A stretch of 64,000 bases of DNA, taken from positions 1 through 64,000 of the IMG/VR virus record IMGVR_UViG_3300048999_000173. The stretch is one strand, 5' to 3'. Both the position numbers and the translations under genes were made by a program. Of the stretch, positions 45,701 to 55,638 are shown piece after piece. The DNA comes from a virus. The notes under the pieces are model-generated. The model searched no databases and was not told the DNA's origin. It saw only the letters and a list, made by a program, of their open reading frames with translations. Each line of letters opens with the position of its first letter. The stretch's first letter is position 1.

Positions 45701-47981
45701 CGGCTGGGGCAAGGCCCTCATCAAGGCCAACGGGTCCCTGGACACCACCACGAAGAACGGGCAGGGCCTGTTCAACACGTTCAACACGATCGCCGACGGC
45801 GCGTCCAACGCCGCGGTGGCCGCCTACGACTTCGCCCAGTCCCAGGGCAAGGACCTGCCTTCCTCGCTGGCCGCCGCGCGCCGGGAGATGCAGTCCGCCC
45901 GGGACTCCGCGGTCAAGCTGGGCACCCAGTACGGGCTGAGCAAGACGCAGGCCGAAGGCGTCGCTGACTCCCTGGGCCTGATCCCCGGACAGGTTTCGAT
46001 CCTCCTCCAGACCGAGGGCGTCGACTCCACCCTGTCCGAACTGGTCGCCGTACAGGCCGCGTTCCAGCAGGTCCCGAACTCGAAGACGGTGACGGTCGAT
46101 TCGATCAGCACCCAGGCGAAGGCGGACCTGGAGGACCTGGGCTACAAGATCGAGCTGATCCCCGGCACGCGCGAATACAAGATCACGGCGCCGACGAAGC
46201 AAGCCCGCGACGACCTCGACCTCCTCATCGGCGAGATGTCCAAGGTCCCGCCCGCCAAGGGCGTCCAGGTCGACGCGAAGACCGCAGTCGCCATCGGTGA
46301 ACTCGAAGCCGTCCAGGCCAAGATCGAGACGACGCACGGCAAGACCATCACCATGAAGGCGCCGACCGCGGCGGCTCAGACCCAGCTCGAAGCCCTCGGC
46401 TTCAAGATTCATCAGGTGCCGGGGTCGAAGAACGTCACCATCAGCGTCCCCACCGGCGGCCCGAAGAGCGCGGTCAGCTCCATCCAGAGCGCCATCAACA
46501 GCCTCCACGGCAAGACGGTCACCAACTACGTCAACTCGATCGTCACGACCACGAAGAAGTCCGTTCACGAGGTCGTCGGCAACGCGGACGGCGGCGTGTG
46601 GGACTACTTCGCCGACGGCGGCGTCCGCGCGCCCCGCGTCACCAAGTTCGCCGGTGGCAGCGAGAACCACGTCGCACAGATCGCCCGCGGTGGCGACTGG
46701 CGCATGTGGGCGGAACCCGAGACTCACGGCGAGGGCTACGTCCCCTTCGCCCGCTCCAAGCGACCCCGCTCCCGGAAGATCACCGAAGAGATCGTGCGGC
46801 GCCTGGGTGGCGACCCGTCCGCCATCCAGTGGAACGCCGACGGCAACGTCACCGACTGGCGCTACGACCCCGCCACCGGCTCCCTCTACTCCGCCTCCGA
46901 CGCCGGACAGGCAGGCCACAAGACCAAGAAGGTGAAGGTCAAGGTCAAGGGAAAGGTCACGACGAAGGACGTCGACTACTTCGACATCGGGGCTGTCGAA
47001 GCGAAGCTGAAGTCGGCGGCCAAGGCGACCACGGCCTGGAACAAGGACCTCGAGAAGGTCGCGGACCGGGCCGGCGGAGACGTCGCCGACGCCCTCGCGG
47101 GCATGGGCGAGGACGGCATGAAGCTCGCCCACAAGATGGCCACCGGCAGCACCAAGTACATCAACGACATGGCGGCCGCCCTCCGCAACCTGCAGAAGAC
47201 CGCGAAGGCTTCCCTGACGGACTACACCCGCCAGCTCGGGCAGTCCAACACCCTGACCAAGGCGTTCTCCGACAACCTGGCCAAGCTGGCCGCTGAGGGA
47301 TTTGGCGACCTCGCCTCCCAGCTGGCCGCGCAGAACGACCAGGCAGCGCAGGAACTGGCCGCCGCCGCGGTGAAGGACAAGGGCAAGGCGTCGAAGGCGA
47401 ACGCCGCGGCGAAGACCGCGAACAACGCGCTGACCGCCGACCAGGTCTCCGAGCTCGTGCAGATCATCGCAGCGATCGGCACATCGAAGACCGGCATCCA
47501 CGACGTGGCCGCGAAAACGCTCCTGGGCGAGGACGAGATCATCACCGTCGGGAACAAGGCGAAGGCGCAGATCTCCAAGGCGCTCGGCACCCGCGCCACC
47601 AAGTTCCTCGCCGACCTCGGGCGCGCCAACAACCACCTGTCGTACGCCGACGGCGGCATCCGCTCCGGGATCTACGCCACCCGGGGCGGCGCCGTCACGT
47701 TCGCGGAGCCGGAGACCGGCGGCGAAGGCTTCATCCCCCTCAGCCCGAGCAAGCGGCGCAGCGCCCTGCCTGTCCTCGGGGACATCGCACACCGCTTCGG
47801 CCTGGGCCTGACCGACGTGGCCGCCTCCCGCGCGGTAGTCGTCATCCGGGAGGGCGGCGACACCCACGTCAGCGTCACCGCGGTCCGCACCGGCGCCACC
47901 GCGTCCGACATCGGATCGCAGGTCGGGCGCTCCGTCCGCCGCGCGCGCAGGGGAGGGGTGAACGCCCGTGCCGGATCTTGA
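42738..47981 (+). CDS. tape measure protein (TP901-type core)
   Basis: 1747 aa, Ala-rich helical; GILGQTAGTTLR, DAQGNFKGL; C-terminal ADGG..AEPETxGE motifs. Confidence 0.95.
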   Translation: MANWNLSVDLRGHGNDLAQSLKSSAKNARTLANAARTAKTEVKELGQASLTASRHVRTLGSEARTTARRLNSLGDGAQTAARRLTRYGDAAQTANRHVNSLGDNSRTSARQLARMSGQIDTAVRDLLRLADAARRADARLTRVGGAGVTGVRRYSEETGRLRSHLVSVAALLSGGALVMGAGELIKQGNEYQQAMNAFGATTGATQMQMKRAGATANQLGGDLKLPGATAADAADAMVELAKAGFRTDQAISATRASLTLASAAQVNAADSAKYLGDMMDQFGLGADQASVAADTLAATANAASGDITDIYYAMKYAGPVAHGLGISLQETAAGVGMLGKAGILGQTAGTTLRGMFANLAAPTKQMTEGLDSLGIKAWDAQGNFKGLRNIIDGLSKAQHTMNQQDFAAAVKKAFGKPAMSGAIAMAHQGTASFDSLMQSVSQTGAASEIAAAKGKGLAGAMLQLKTQAKQTGLTIYQGTAPGLERLTRAATDGLSKATPHIKEFFDYLNSASALLGPDIGNALKKEFSGIGDAAGDMMAPLKDLAGTAAADGLHLLITAGQLVIEVLKNAADAIQPIVSALDGLSGESGTVASTMDLVVTALDLAATAAGALSGVLVPIGHVVGTLVSGFAALPGPIQQFVLAALLVRRIQPGMTGLATTVRTRVGGAFQALNQQMAVQRGLAASAGVSLTRYGAAMAVLQTRVPVIGQMGNAFRTAATQGEGFRGTLRGITAAAGTGLRGAMGGLMGAMGGPWGLALTGLTVGLGLLADSQQKAAARAAEHKATIDGLTSAMRQSNGVIDENVRQQAAQTIQNTKLAGSNQTLSTFMGKMGYSLSDLTDAYLGQGTSVDKLADKMLNLARAKGAEALKDGPHNVDKSVMAQANAYAAAGKALKGMSGDASTAAKNAKDLDAATKGTGDGVSAYSRLKDAVTALGDKTADADQRTRALRDALDLLSGGSVSLQAAQARVNEAITNANEAMQEGIDHADGWGKALIKANGSLDTTTKNGQGLFNTFNTIADGASNAAVAAYDFAQSQGKDLPSSLAAARREMQSARDSAVKLGTQYGLSKTQAEGVADSLGLIPGQVSILLQTEGVDSTLSELVAVQAAFQQVPNSKTVTVDSISTQAKADLEDLGYKIELIPGTREYKITAPTKQARDDLDLLIGEMSKVPPAKGVQVDAKTAVAIGELEAVQAKIETTHGKTITMKAPTAAAQTQLEALGFKIHQVPGSKNVTISVPTGGPKSAVSSIQSAINSLHGKTVTNYVNSIVTTTKKSVHEVVGNADGGVWDYFADGGVRAPRVTKFAGGSENHVAQIARGGDWRMWAEPETHGEGYVPFARSKRPRSRKITEEIVRRLGGDPSAIQWNADGNVTDWRYDPATGSLYSASDAGQAGHKTKKVKVKVKGKVTTKDVDYFDIGAVEAKLKSAAKATTAWNKDLEKVADRAGGDVADALAGMGEDGMKLAHKMATGSTKYINDMAAALRNLQKTAKASLTDYTRQLGQSNTLTKAFSDNLAKLAAEGFGDLASQLAAQNDQAAQELAAAAVKDKGKASKANAAAKTANNALTADQVSELVQIIAAIGTSKTGIHDVAAKTLLGEDEIITVGNKAKAQISKALGTRATKFLADLGRANNHLSYADGGIRSGIYATRGGAVTFAEPETGGEGFIPLSPSKRRSALPVLGDIAHRFGLGLTDVAASRAVVVIREGGDTHVSVTAVRTGATASDIGSQVGRSVRRARRGGVNARAGS

Positions 47982-48870
47982 CCTCGTCGACTGGCAGTAC
48001 GACCTCGGTGGTGTCCTCATCGGCAAGGGCACCGCCGTCAACATCATCGAGACCACAGGCCTGGGACGGCCGCCCGTACGCGACAACGACGTGGACCAGC
48101 CGTCCATGGACGGGCAGTGGGCGGGCCCCGACTACTGGGCCGGACGGCAGATCCAGATCGACGCCGCCATCAAGATCCCCGGGGATGCGGACGCCTGCCA
48201 CGACATGATCGCCACGCTTCAGGCCGCGTCCGACCCGGCCGCCGTCCGCCTCGTCGGCGGCGCCGGCATGACGGTGCGCATCAAACGCCCCGGGCGCCCG
48301 GTGAAACGCCTCACGGCCCGCATGCGCAAGCTGGACCCGGAGTTCAAGGACGTCCTGCACGGCTACGTCCCCCTCGACATCGAACTCCTCGCGCACGATC
48401 CGACGTTCTACGCCGACACCGAGTCCGTCACCGAGATCCCTCTGGGATGGCTCACCGGGGGAGGATTCGCCGCCCCCGTCGCCGCCCCGATCTACGTGCA
48501 GGACGGCACCGTCGCCGCCGACCGGCCCGGCTGGGTCACCAACCAGGGCGACACCGACGCCTGGCCCGTCATCCGCATCACCGGCCCGTGCTCCAACGTG
48601 TCGATCATCCACGCCGACTCCGGGCGCACCCTCGCCCTGCCCACCCTGAACCTGACGGCCGGCCAGTGGGTGGACATCGACACCCGGCCCGGATACCGCA
48701 CCGTCACCCGGGAGAACGGCGGCAACGCCTCCACCACCCTCTCCCCGAGCAGCCGCATCGACCTGTTCTCCCTGCCGCCCGGCCAGTCCGAGATGCGGTG
48801 GACCGCCTTCGACAACACCAACACCGCCCGCATGCGCCTCACCTGGCGCGACGCCTACATCGCCCTGTGA
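47968..48870 (+). CDS. distal tail (Dit-like) protein
   Basis: follows TMP; DGQWAGPDYW, DPTFY, NQGDTDAWP, WRDAY. Confidence 0.8.
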   Translation: MPDLDLVDWQYDLGGVLIGKGTAVNIIETTGLGRPPVRDNDVDQPSMDGQWAGPDYWAGRQIQIDAAIKIPGDADACHDMIATLQAASDPAAVRLVGGAGMTVRIKRPGRPVKRLTARMRKLDPEFKDVLHGYVPLDIELLAHDPTFYADTESVTEIPLGWLTGGGFAAPVAAPIYVQDGTVAADRPGWVTNQGDTDAWPVIRITGPCSNVSIIHADSGRTLALPTLNLTAGQWVDIDTRPGYRTVTRENGGNASTTLSPSSRIDLFSLPPGQSEMRWTAFDNTNTARMRLTWRDAYIAL

Positions 48871-48880
48871 GGACCTGACC

Positions 48881-49813
48881 ATGAGCCTGTTCCCCCGGCC
48901 CATCCTGACCAACGGGGCCACTCACTCCGCGCAGCAGTTCCGCCTCCTGGTCCGCGACCTGGCGCGCGGCGCCGAAGGAGTCACCGAAGGCGACGACCTG
49001 AAAGTGACCCAGCGCTCCACCCCCGGCGCCGGAGTGACCGTCAGTGACGGATCCGGCGTCATCCAAGGACGCGTGAACGCCTATCAAGGCCACTACGCGA
49101 TCTGCAACACCGGGTCCTTCGACGTGGACATCGCCTCCACGTCGGCGACCCCGCGATCGGACATGCTGATCGTGCGTGTCGAAGACCCCGAGTACGAGGG
49201 CTCCCTCAACCCCGCCACCCAGGACGTCTGCTACTTCCAGGTCCTCTCCGGAGTTTCCAGCGGCGCCACCGCCATTCCCGACGGACGTACCGGCATCCCG
49301 CTGGCCCGGATCGACATCCCGTCCAGCACCAGCACCATCACCAACGCAATGATCACCGACCTCCGGAAGGTCGCCAACCCGCGCCGCGAACGCACCCGCT
49401 ACCTGTACTCCCCGCCCTCCCTGACCGAGTTCTCCGGGGACGGCGTCTACCGCACTCTCGGCGGCGCCGGCGCACCCTGGACCATCCCCGTACCCTCCTG
49501 GGCCACCAAGGCGATCATCTCCGTCGACGGGTCCAGCATCCGCCTGTCCACCAACCCGATCTTCGGCCAGTTCCGGTTCCTCTTCGGTGCCTCCCTGACC
49601 GGGCAGTCCGTCAACCTGGACGACAACCAGACCGGCGTCCGGCGCATCACCGCGATGACCGCCGACACTCTCACGCTGCCCTCCGCCTACCGCGGCACCA
49701 ATCAGGTCCTCACCCCGCAGTTCACCGGCCAGACCGGCTACGGCGGAAAGATCGGATACGACGGCGCCACCACCATTTTGGCCGACGTCGAATTCATCGA
49801 GGCCCCCCGGTGA
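48881..49813 (+). CDS. minor tail protein
   Basis: PRSDMLIVRVEDPEY, IPLARIDIP..ITNAMITDLR. Confidence 0.8.
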   Translation: MSLFPRPILTNGATHSAQQFRLLVRDLARGAEGVTEGDDLKVTQRSTPGAGVTVSDGSGVIQGRVNAYQGHYAICNTGSFDVDIASTSATPRSDMLIVRVEDPEYEGSLNPATQDVCYFQVLSGVSSGATAIPDGRTGIPLARIDIPSSTSTITNAMITDLRKVANPRRERTRYLYSPPSLTEFSGDGVYRTLGGAGAPWTIPVPSWATKAIISVDGSSIRLSTNPIFGQFRFLFGASLTGQSVNLDDNQTGVRRITAMTADTLTLPSAYRGTNQVLTPQFTGQTGYGGKIGYDGATTILADVEFIEAPR

Positions 49814-50919
49814 CCGCGACCGTCCCCGACCGGGTCCTCACCCAGAACGCTCTCACCGGAGCGTGGCTCGCCCTCGCCCTGCCCGTCACCGACCTCGAGT
49901 ACGGGGATGAGCTGTCCGGCCCCGGCTCCCTCAGCGGGAAACTCTCCCCCCGCCTCCTGGCCTCCGACCCCCTCGTCGTCGACCCCGGCAACACCCTCAT
50001 CTACGTGGAGTCCGCCGGCCAGCTGCAGTGGGGCGGCATCGTCTGGGACGTCCGCGCCCAGGGCAACGACTACGCGATCGAAGCCGCCTCCTGGTCGTCG
50101 TACCTGCAGCACCGCTACGACTTCGACGGCGAGCACGGCGGCCGCGGCCCCTACACGTACGCCGACCGCTGCCAGGTCATCCGCAACATCTGGACCTACG
50201 CCCAGTCCATCGCCGACGGCGGCCTGGGCGTCATCGTCGATTCGACGACCTCCACCTCCACCATCGGCACCCCGGACGACGTCTACCGCTCCAACTGGTG
50301 GGAGAACCCGTGCCTGGGGGACCAGGTCGACGACCTCGTCTCCGGGGACGCCGTCCCTGACTACACGTGCGCCACCGCCTGGAACACCGCGCGCACTGGC
50401 ACGGTGAAACGGATCCGGCTGGGCTGGCCCCGCCTGGGCGCGCGCCGCACCGACATCGAGTTCTCCTCCGGCGTCAACATCATCGAAGACCCCGAGGACG
50501 CCCTCGCCGGCGACGACTACGCCCAGGTCGTCCAGGCCGCGGGTGCGGGGGAGGGCCGGTCCCGGCTGCGGCAGATCTCCGCCGTCCGCAACGGACGGCT
50601 GCGCCTGGAGTCCGTCCTTGACCTGCCCGACGTCAACGGCAACGACATCCTGAAGGCCCGCGCGGACGAGGAACGCACCTGGCGGCAGACCACGGTGAAG
50701 GGCTCCGTCGACGAGGTCACCATCCGCGACACCCCGGCCGCACCGTTCGGCTCCTACCAGATCGGCGACGACGTCTACACCCGCGTCCACAACCCGTGGA
50801 CCTCCTACACCGGCTGGTCCCGCATCACCGGCTTCACCCGCAAACCGCAGGCGCAGGGCGGCCCCCAGACCGTCATCAGCCTCAAGCCCGCCGACTCCTT
50901 CCAGTACGGGGGCGTGTGA
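49810..50919 (+). CDS. tail hub (Tal / Gp37-like) protein
   Basis: LSGPGSL, WGGIVW, GAGEG, GSYQIGD. Confidence 0.8.
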   Translation: MTATVPDRVLTQNALTGAWLALALPVTDLEYGDELSGPGSLSGKLSPRLLASDPLVVDPGNTLIYVESAGQLQWGGIVWDVRAQGNDYAIEAASWSSYLQHRYDFDGEHGGRGPYTYADRCQVIRNIWTYAQSIADGGLGVIVDSTTSTSTIGTPDDVYRSNWWENPCLGDQVDDLVSGDAVPDYTCATAWNTARTGTVKRIRLGWPRLGARRTDIEFSSGVNIIEDPEDALAGDDYAQVVQAAGAGEGRSRLRQISAVRNGRLRLESVLDLPDVNGNDILKARADEERTWRQTTVKGSVDEVTIRDTPAAPFGSYQIGDDVYTRVHNPWTSYTGWSRITGFTRKPQAQGGPQTVISLKPADSFQYGGV

Positions 50920-50920
50920 C

Positions 50921-53020
50921 GTGGACATCGGCAAGGAACTCGTCCGCCTCCAGAAGCAGGTCACCACCCTGCAGCGCTCCCCGCGCCTTAACCACGCCTC
51001 CATCGAGGACACGGCCATCCTGGTCAACGACGGCACGGGGAGCCTGCGCGGCATCATCGGCGTCCAGGCGGACGGCACCACCGCGGTGAACGTCGTCAAC
51101 GGACCGCCCCCGCCCCAGACGTCCGCGCCGATCGTCGCCTCCGTCCTCGGCGGCGTCACCGTCTCCTGGGACGGCCTCTTCGCCGGCGGCGCCGTCATCC
51201 CCCTGGACTGGGCCCGCGTCGAAGTCCACGCCTCCATCACCCCCGTCTACGACCCAATCGCCGCCACCCTGCAGGGCACCATCGAGACCGCGCAGGGCGC
51301 CACCGTCGTCGTCCCCTGCGACACACCCGTATACGTCCGCCTGGTGGCCCGCAACACCTCCGGCACCGCATCCACGCCCTCGGACACCGTGGGACCGCTC
51401 GGGCCGATCGCTGTGGTCGCCGACGACATCCTGGACGGCATCGTCACCACGGCGAAGCTCGCCGACGACGCGGTCACCGCAGCGAAGGTCGCCACCGGCG
51501 CCATCGACGTGGACGCCCTCGCCGCCGCCGCCGTGACAGCGGCGGCCATCGCCGCGGACGCCGTCACGGCGACCGCGATCGCCGCCGGAGCGGTCGGCAG
51601 CACGGAACTCACCGCGGCCGCCGTCACCGCCGCGAAGATCGCCGCCGGAGCCGTCATCGCGGGCAAGTTGGACGCGGCCAGTGTCGTCGCCGGGAACATC
51701 GCCGCCGCCGCCGTCCAGGCCGGGAACCTGGCCGCGAACAGCGTCCAGGCGGGGAACATCGCCGCCAACGCCGTCCAGGCCGGCACCGTCGACGCGAACG
51801 CCATCACCGCCCGAGAAATCGCCGCACTCGCCGTCACCGCCGGGAAGATCGCCGCGAACGCGGTCACCGCGGGCACCATCAACGCGGGCGCCGTCACCAC
51901 CGCCAGCCTCGCCGCCGGATCCGTCGACGCCACCGCCCTGTCCGCAACCGCCATCACCGGCAAGACCATCACCGGCGGCACCGTCACCGGCGCCCTCATC
52001 CAGACCGCCGCGTCCGGCCAGCGCATCACCCTCAACGAGTCCTCCGCCAACAAGATCCTCGTCTACAACGCCTCCGGCACCGCCATCGGGGAACTGTCCG
52101 CCAGCGGACTCCTCGTCAAGGGCACCAACGGGTCGGTGCTCCAACTGGACCCGAACGCCACGTACCCGAACTTCAAACTGACCAACGCAGCCGGCACCAA
52201 TGCAGCCGTCATCAACGTCGTCGGCACCAACGCCTTCATGGGCCTGAACTCCGGTCTCTTCACCTCCGGCGCAGTCACGGACTGGAAATGGCGGACCCTC
52301 TTCGGCAGCGACGGCACCAACGAGATATGGGTAGCAGAACGCGTCCGGGACTCCAGCACCAGCACCTACCTCGGCGGCCGCGTCCTTCTAGACGCCAGCC
52401 ACGCCGTCATCGGCTTCGGCGACAGCAGCGGCGCCAGCCCGGACAACTACCTCCGGCTGTACTCCGGACTCTCCCAGTTCCTGTCGAGCCGTCTCGAGGT
52501 ATTCGCCCCGGCCTCCAGTAGCAGCACCTTCTACCTCCAGGCCGACTCCGGCCAGACCGGGAACCTGCTGCGCATCAACGTCGGCGCGACCTCGGACAAG
52601 TTCACCGTCGACAAGGACGGCAACGTCACCGCCGCCGGGGACGTCACCTCAACCCCCATCAAGACCACCACCGGGCTCACCGCGGGCAGCGGCTTCACCA
52701 TCAACACCGGCGGCTTCACCGGCTACAAGGTCGGCAAACAGGTCGTCATCGACATGTACCTCCACCGCTCGGGCACCACCATCACCTCCAGCAGCGGCAA
52801 CATCACCGACACGACGGTCGCGACCCTTCCCGCCGGATGGCGGCCCACCAGCGGCACCATCAACGCCGCCTGGGACGACGGCACCACCTCCGGCGGCTGG
52901 GTCGTCGGCACCGACGGCATCTGCACCCTGCGCACCAGCATCAGCGACATCGTCGGCGACGCCACCACCGCCGGATCCGGGCGCAACCTGCGCTTCCACA
53001 TCGCCTTCATCCAGGACTAG
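50921..53020 (+). CDS. tail fibre / receptor-binding protein
   Basis: 10-aa AVTAAKIAAG-type repeats; C-terminal ATLPAGWRP domain. Confidence 0.8.
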   Translation: MDIGKELVRLQKQVTTLQRSPRLNHASIEDTAILVNDGTGSLRGIIGVQADGTTAVNVVNGPPPPQTSAPIVASVLGGVTVSWDGLFAGGAVIPLDWARVEVHASITPVYDPIAATLQGTIETAQGATVVVPCDTPVYVRLVARNTSGTASTPSDTVGPLGPIAVVADDILDGIVTTAKLADDAVTAAKVATGAIDVDALAAAAVTAAAIAADAVTATAIAAGAVGSTELTAAAVTAAKIAAGAVIAGKLDAASVVAGNIAAAAVQAGNLAANSVQAGNIAANAVQAGTVDANAITAREIAALAVTAGKIAANAVTAGTINAGAVTTASLAAGSVDATALSATAITGKTITGGTVTGALIQTAASGQRITLNESSANKILVYNASGTAIGELSASGLLVKGTNGSVLQLDPNATYPNFKLTNAAGTNAAVINVVGTNAFMGLNSGLFTSGAVTDWKWRTLFGSDGTNEIWVAERVRDSSTSTYLGGRVLLDASHAVIGFGDSSGASPDNYLRLYSGLSQFLSSRLEVFAPASSSSTFYLQADSGQTGNLLRINVGATSDKFTVDKDGNVTAAGDVTSTPIKTTTGLTAGSGFTINTGGFTGYKVGKQVVIDMYLHRSGTTITSSSGNITDTTVATLPAGWRPTSGTINAAWDDGTTSGGWVVGTDGICTLRTSISDIVGDATTAGSGRNLRFHIAFIQD

Positions 53021-53031
53021 GGAGACCATCC

Positions 53032-53322
53032 GTGCTGACCAAACCGACCGACGGCACCTTCAACAGACTCACCGTGAAGGTCAACGGCGGACCCGACGAA
53101 GACGCCATGGACTCCTTCCCGATCCCGCTCGCCTTCGACAGCTTCTCCGTCGACAACCTCACCGACGACGACCTCAACGCCATCATCGACATCATCGTGA
53201 ACCGGATCCGTACCGCCCGACCCGACTACACCGTGACCGTCTCGAGGGCCTGGACCGGAGCCCGCAGCGAGCCCTTCCAGACCGTGTACACACCGCCTCC
53301 CGCCGATCAGCCCACCGAGTAG
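53032..53322 (+). CDS. small acidic protein after the fibre gene
   Basis: GGGAG RBS; GTG start. Confidence 0.7.
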   Translation: MLTKPTDGTFNRLTVKVNGGPDEDAMDSFPIPLAFDSFSVDNLTDDDLNAIIDIIVNRIRTARPDYTVTVSRAWTGARSEPFQTVYTPPPADQPTE

Positions 53323-53474
53323 AACGAGGCTGGGGCAACACCGGCCACACCAGGCCGTAGCCTGATCAAAGGGTGACCCTCCACCCCCCTGGCACCGCCC
53401 CCCGAGGGACGGCCGCACCATAGCGGCCCGCCACCAATTCACCTGGGCGCGGGGAGATCCAGGAGTACGGGCGC

Positions 53475-54302
53475 GTGCCCGACCTCAAGATCAAGCGGTA
53501 TGACGTAGGGCCGCGGCTCGGCCGCCACATGGTCCTCGACCCCCGCAGCCTCGCCTACCGCCGCCCCTACTCGGGTGAAGTCCTCAAGCCGGTCGAGTGG
53601 GCGCCCAAGGTGCCCGTCCTGGACCAGGAAGACCTCCTCGCCCAGGGCATCAGCGTCGCCGCGATGTTCCCCGGCATGGAGGACGTTGACGCCCTCGGCT
53701 CGTGCACCGGGAACGCGGGCACCGAGCTCGCCTCGATCCTCCACGACGCCCGCGCCCTCAAGGACGCGGGCCTGGACGTCGCCGACCCGGTGAACGCCGA
53801 GAAGTGGGCGATCGGCCTGTACTCCGACGGCAGCCAGCGCGACCAGTGGCTGGACGTGTCCTTCCCCACCACCGACTGCGGCTCATCCGGCCTCGGCATC
53901 GCCAAGGCTCTGCGCGGCCGCGGCCTCGCCGACCAGTACGGGCCCGCCACCACCGGCCTCGAGCTGTGCCGCGACCTCGCCAACGGCGGCGTCCTCGCCG
54001 GACTGCCCTGGTACCAGGCGTGGTTCGAGCCCGTCGGCGCCTCCGCGCTCCTGGACGACATCCCGAACTGGGAGAGGTCGCCGATCGCCGGGGGCCACGA
54101 ACTGTGCATCACCGCCCTCGAGTCGGTCCGGCAGACCGCCAGCGGTCGCCTCGACTACAAGCGCACGATCATCCGCCTGCGCAACCACTGGTCTCGATCT
54201 TGGGGCGACGAGGGCGAGTTCCGCATGTCGCTGGCCATCTACCAGCGCCTCCGTAAGCAGATCGACCTCATCCAGCCCCGTCTCGACAGCTCTCGCAGCT
54301 GA
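53475..54302 (+). CDS. papain-like (C1) cysteine peptidase
   Basis: GSCTGNA (Cys), GGHELC (His), RNHWSRSWGDEG (Asn). Confidence 0.85.
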   Translation: MPDLKIKRYDVGPRLGRHMVLDPRSLAYRRPYSGEVLKPVEWAPKVPVLDQEDLLAQGISVAAMFPGMEDVDALGSCTGNAGTELASILHDARALKDAGLDVADPVNAEKWAIGLYSDGSQRDQWLDVSFPTTDCGSSGLGIAKALRGRGLADQYGPATTGLELCRDLANGGVLAGLPWYQAWFEPVGASALLDDIPNWERSPIAGGHELCITALESVRQTASGRLDYKRTIIRLRNHWSRSWGDEGEFRMSLAIYQRLRKQIDLIQPRLDSSRS

Positions 54303-54338
54303 CCTCCGTCTTCCCCCGCCCTGACCTAGGAGACCGAC

Positions 54339-55598
54339 ATGGGCGAGCTCCGCCCCATCGAGGACGACATCACCCAGGATCGCCAAGCAGCGCTCCTCAC
54401 CAGCAGCGGCAACGGTCCGACCGTCGACAACGAGGAAGCCCTCCTCGCAGCCGAGTTCGGGCCCGCCGACGCCCGCGGCGTCTACGGTGCCCCCACCGAA
54501 CCGCCGCCCGCAGCGCCCGAACCGGCGACGGACGACGGACCGCGCACCCTCGGCGGGAACACCGGCGGCCTCGAGGCCATGATCTCCGCCTACGAGGCGT
54601 GGCTCGGCACCGGTGAACCCAACGCCATCCAGGTGTGGTACCGCGAACGCAACGGCAACGCCTACTCCGGGAACTTCGCCTGGTGCGACGCCACCACCAC
54701 CATCAGCGCGTACGCCAGCGACAACTACGAAGCGGTCTGCTTCGGCACCGACTACGCCTACACCGTCGCCCACGCCGCCCGCTTCAACGCCGCCAAGCAG
54801 TGGACGCCGATGAAGAACGGCATCCTCAAGTCCGGCATCCGCCGCGGCGACATCATCTTCTTCGACTGGGACGGCTCCAGCGAGATCGGCGCCATCGACC
54901 ACGTCGGCATCGTCACCAGCGTCTCCACCGACGGCCAGTACGTGTACACGATCGAGGGCAACACCGCGAACGTGTGCGCCCGACGGGTCCGCGTGGTCCA
55001 CGACATCGCCGGCTTCGGCCGCCCCAAGTACGCCACCCCCGGCGGCGTCACCGCCTCCACCCCGGCCCGATACCAGGTCACCATCAACGGCCTGGCCTAC
55101 GGCTACGGCGCCTCCGGCGCCCACATCACGGCCGTCCGTGCCGCGCTCGCCAAGGACGGCTTCGGGAAGACCACCAGCAGTTCCTCCACCACCTGGTCGG
55201 ACGCGGACACCAAGAACTACAGCGCCTTCCAGAAATCCCTGGGCCTCAAGGGCACCGCGCCGGGGCAGGACGCCGACGGCGTCCCGGGCGCCTCCTCTCT
55301 GACCAAGCTCCTCGGGAAGCTGCCCGCCAAGCCCGCACCGAACGTCGTCTACGCGCCGTTCCCCGGCGAAGGCTTCTTCCACGCCGGCCGCCACAGTCCG
55401 CTCATCACCGCCATGGGCCGCCGCCTGGTGGCCCTCGGCTTCGGCAGGCACTACACCAGCGGGCCCGGCCCGAACTGGACCAACGCCGACCGCGCGAACG
55501 TCCGCGACTTCCAGCTGTCCCGCGACGACCTGAAGGGCGACGCCGACGGCTACCCGGGCCCGAAGACGTGGGCCGCCCTCAAGGTCCCCAAGATCTGA
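54339..55598 (+). CDS. endolysin (CHAP domain plus two peptidoglycan-binding domains)
   Basis: AWCDA, DHVGIV, TIEGN; FQ..DADGVPG and FQ..DADGYPG..TW. Confidence 0.9.
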   Translation: MGELRPIEDDITQDRQAALLTSSGNGPTVDNEEALLAAEFGPADARGVYGAPTEPPPAAPEPATDDGPRTLGGNTGGLEAMISAYEAWLGTGEPNAIQVWYRERNGNAYSGNFAWCDATTTISAYASDNYEAVCFGTDYAYTVAHAARFNAAKQWTPMKNGILKSGIRRGDIIFFDWDGSSEIGAIDHVGIVTSVSTDGQYVYTIEGNTANVCARRVRVVHDIAGFGRPKYATPGGVTASTPARYQVTINGLAYGYGASGAHITAVRAALAKDGFGKTTSSSSTTWSDADTKNYSAFQKSLGLKGTAPGQDADGVPGASSLTKLLGKLPAKPAPNVVYAPFPGEGFFHAGRHSPLITAMGRRLVALGFGRHYTSGPGPNWTNADRANVRDFQLSRDDLKGDADGYPGPKTWAALKVPKI

Positions 55599-55638
55599 CC
55601 ACCCCCTCCACCCCCACCAACCACCAAGGAGGCCCGTC

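Noticed and set aside
42234-48107. Long minus-strand ORFs (e.g. 42234-44420, 45618-48107; also 32494-34419, 53883-55787)
   Set aside because: Antisense shadows of real high-GC3 genes, with no RBS or recognisable motifs.
51430-51960. 30-bp periodicity in the fibre gene as a DGR or other DNA-level repeat system
   Set aside because: Explained by 10-aa protein repeats; no reverse transcriptase or TR/VR pair seen.
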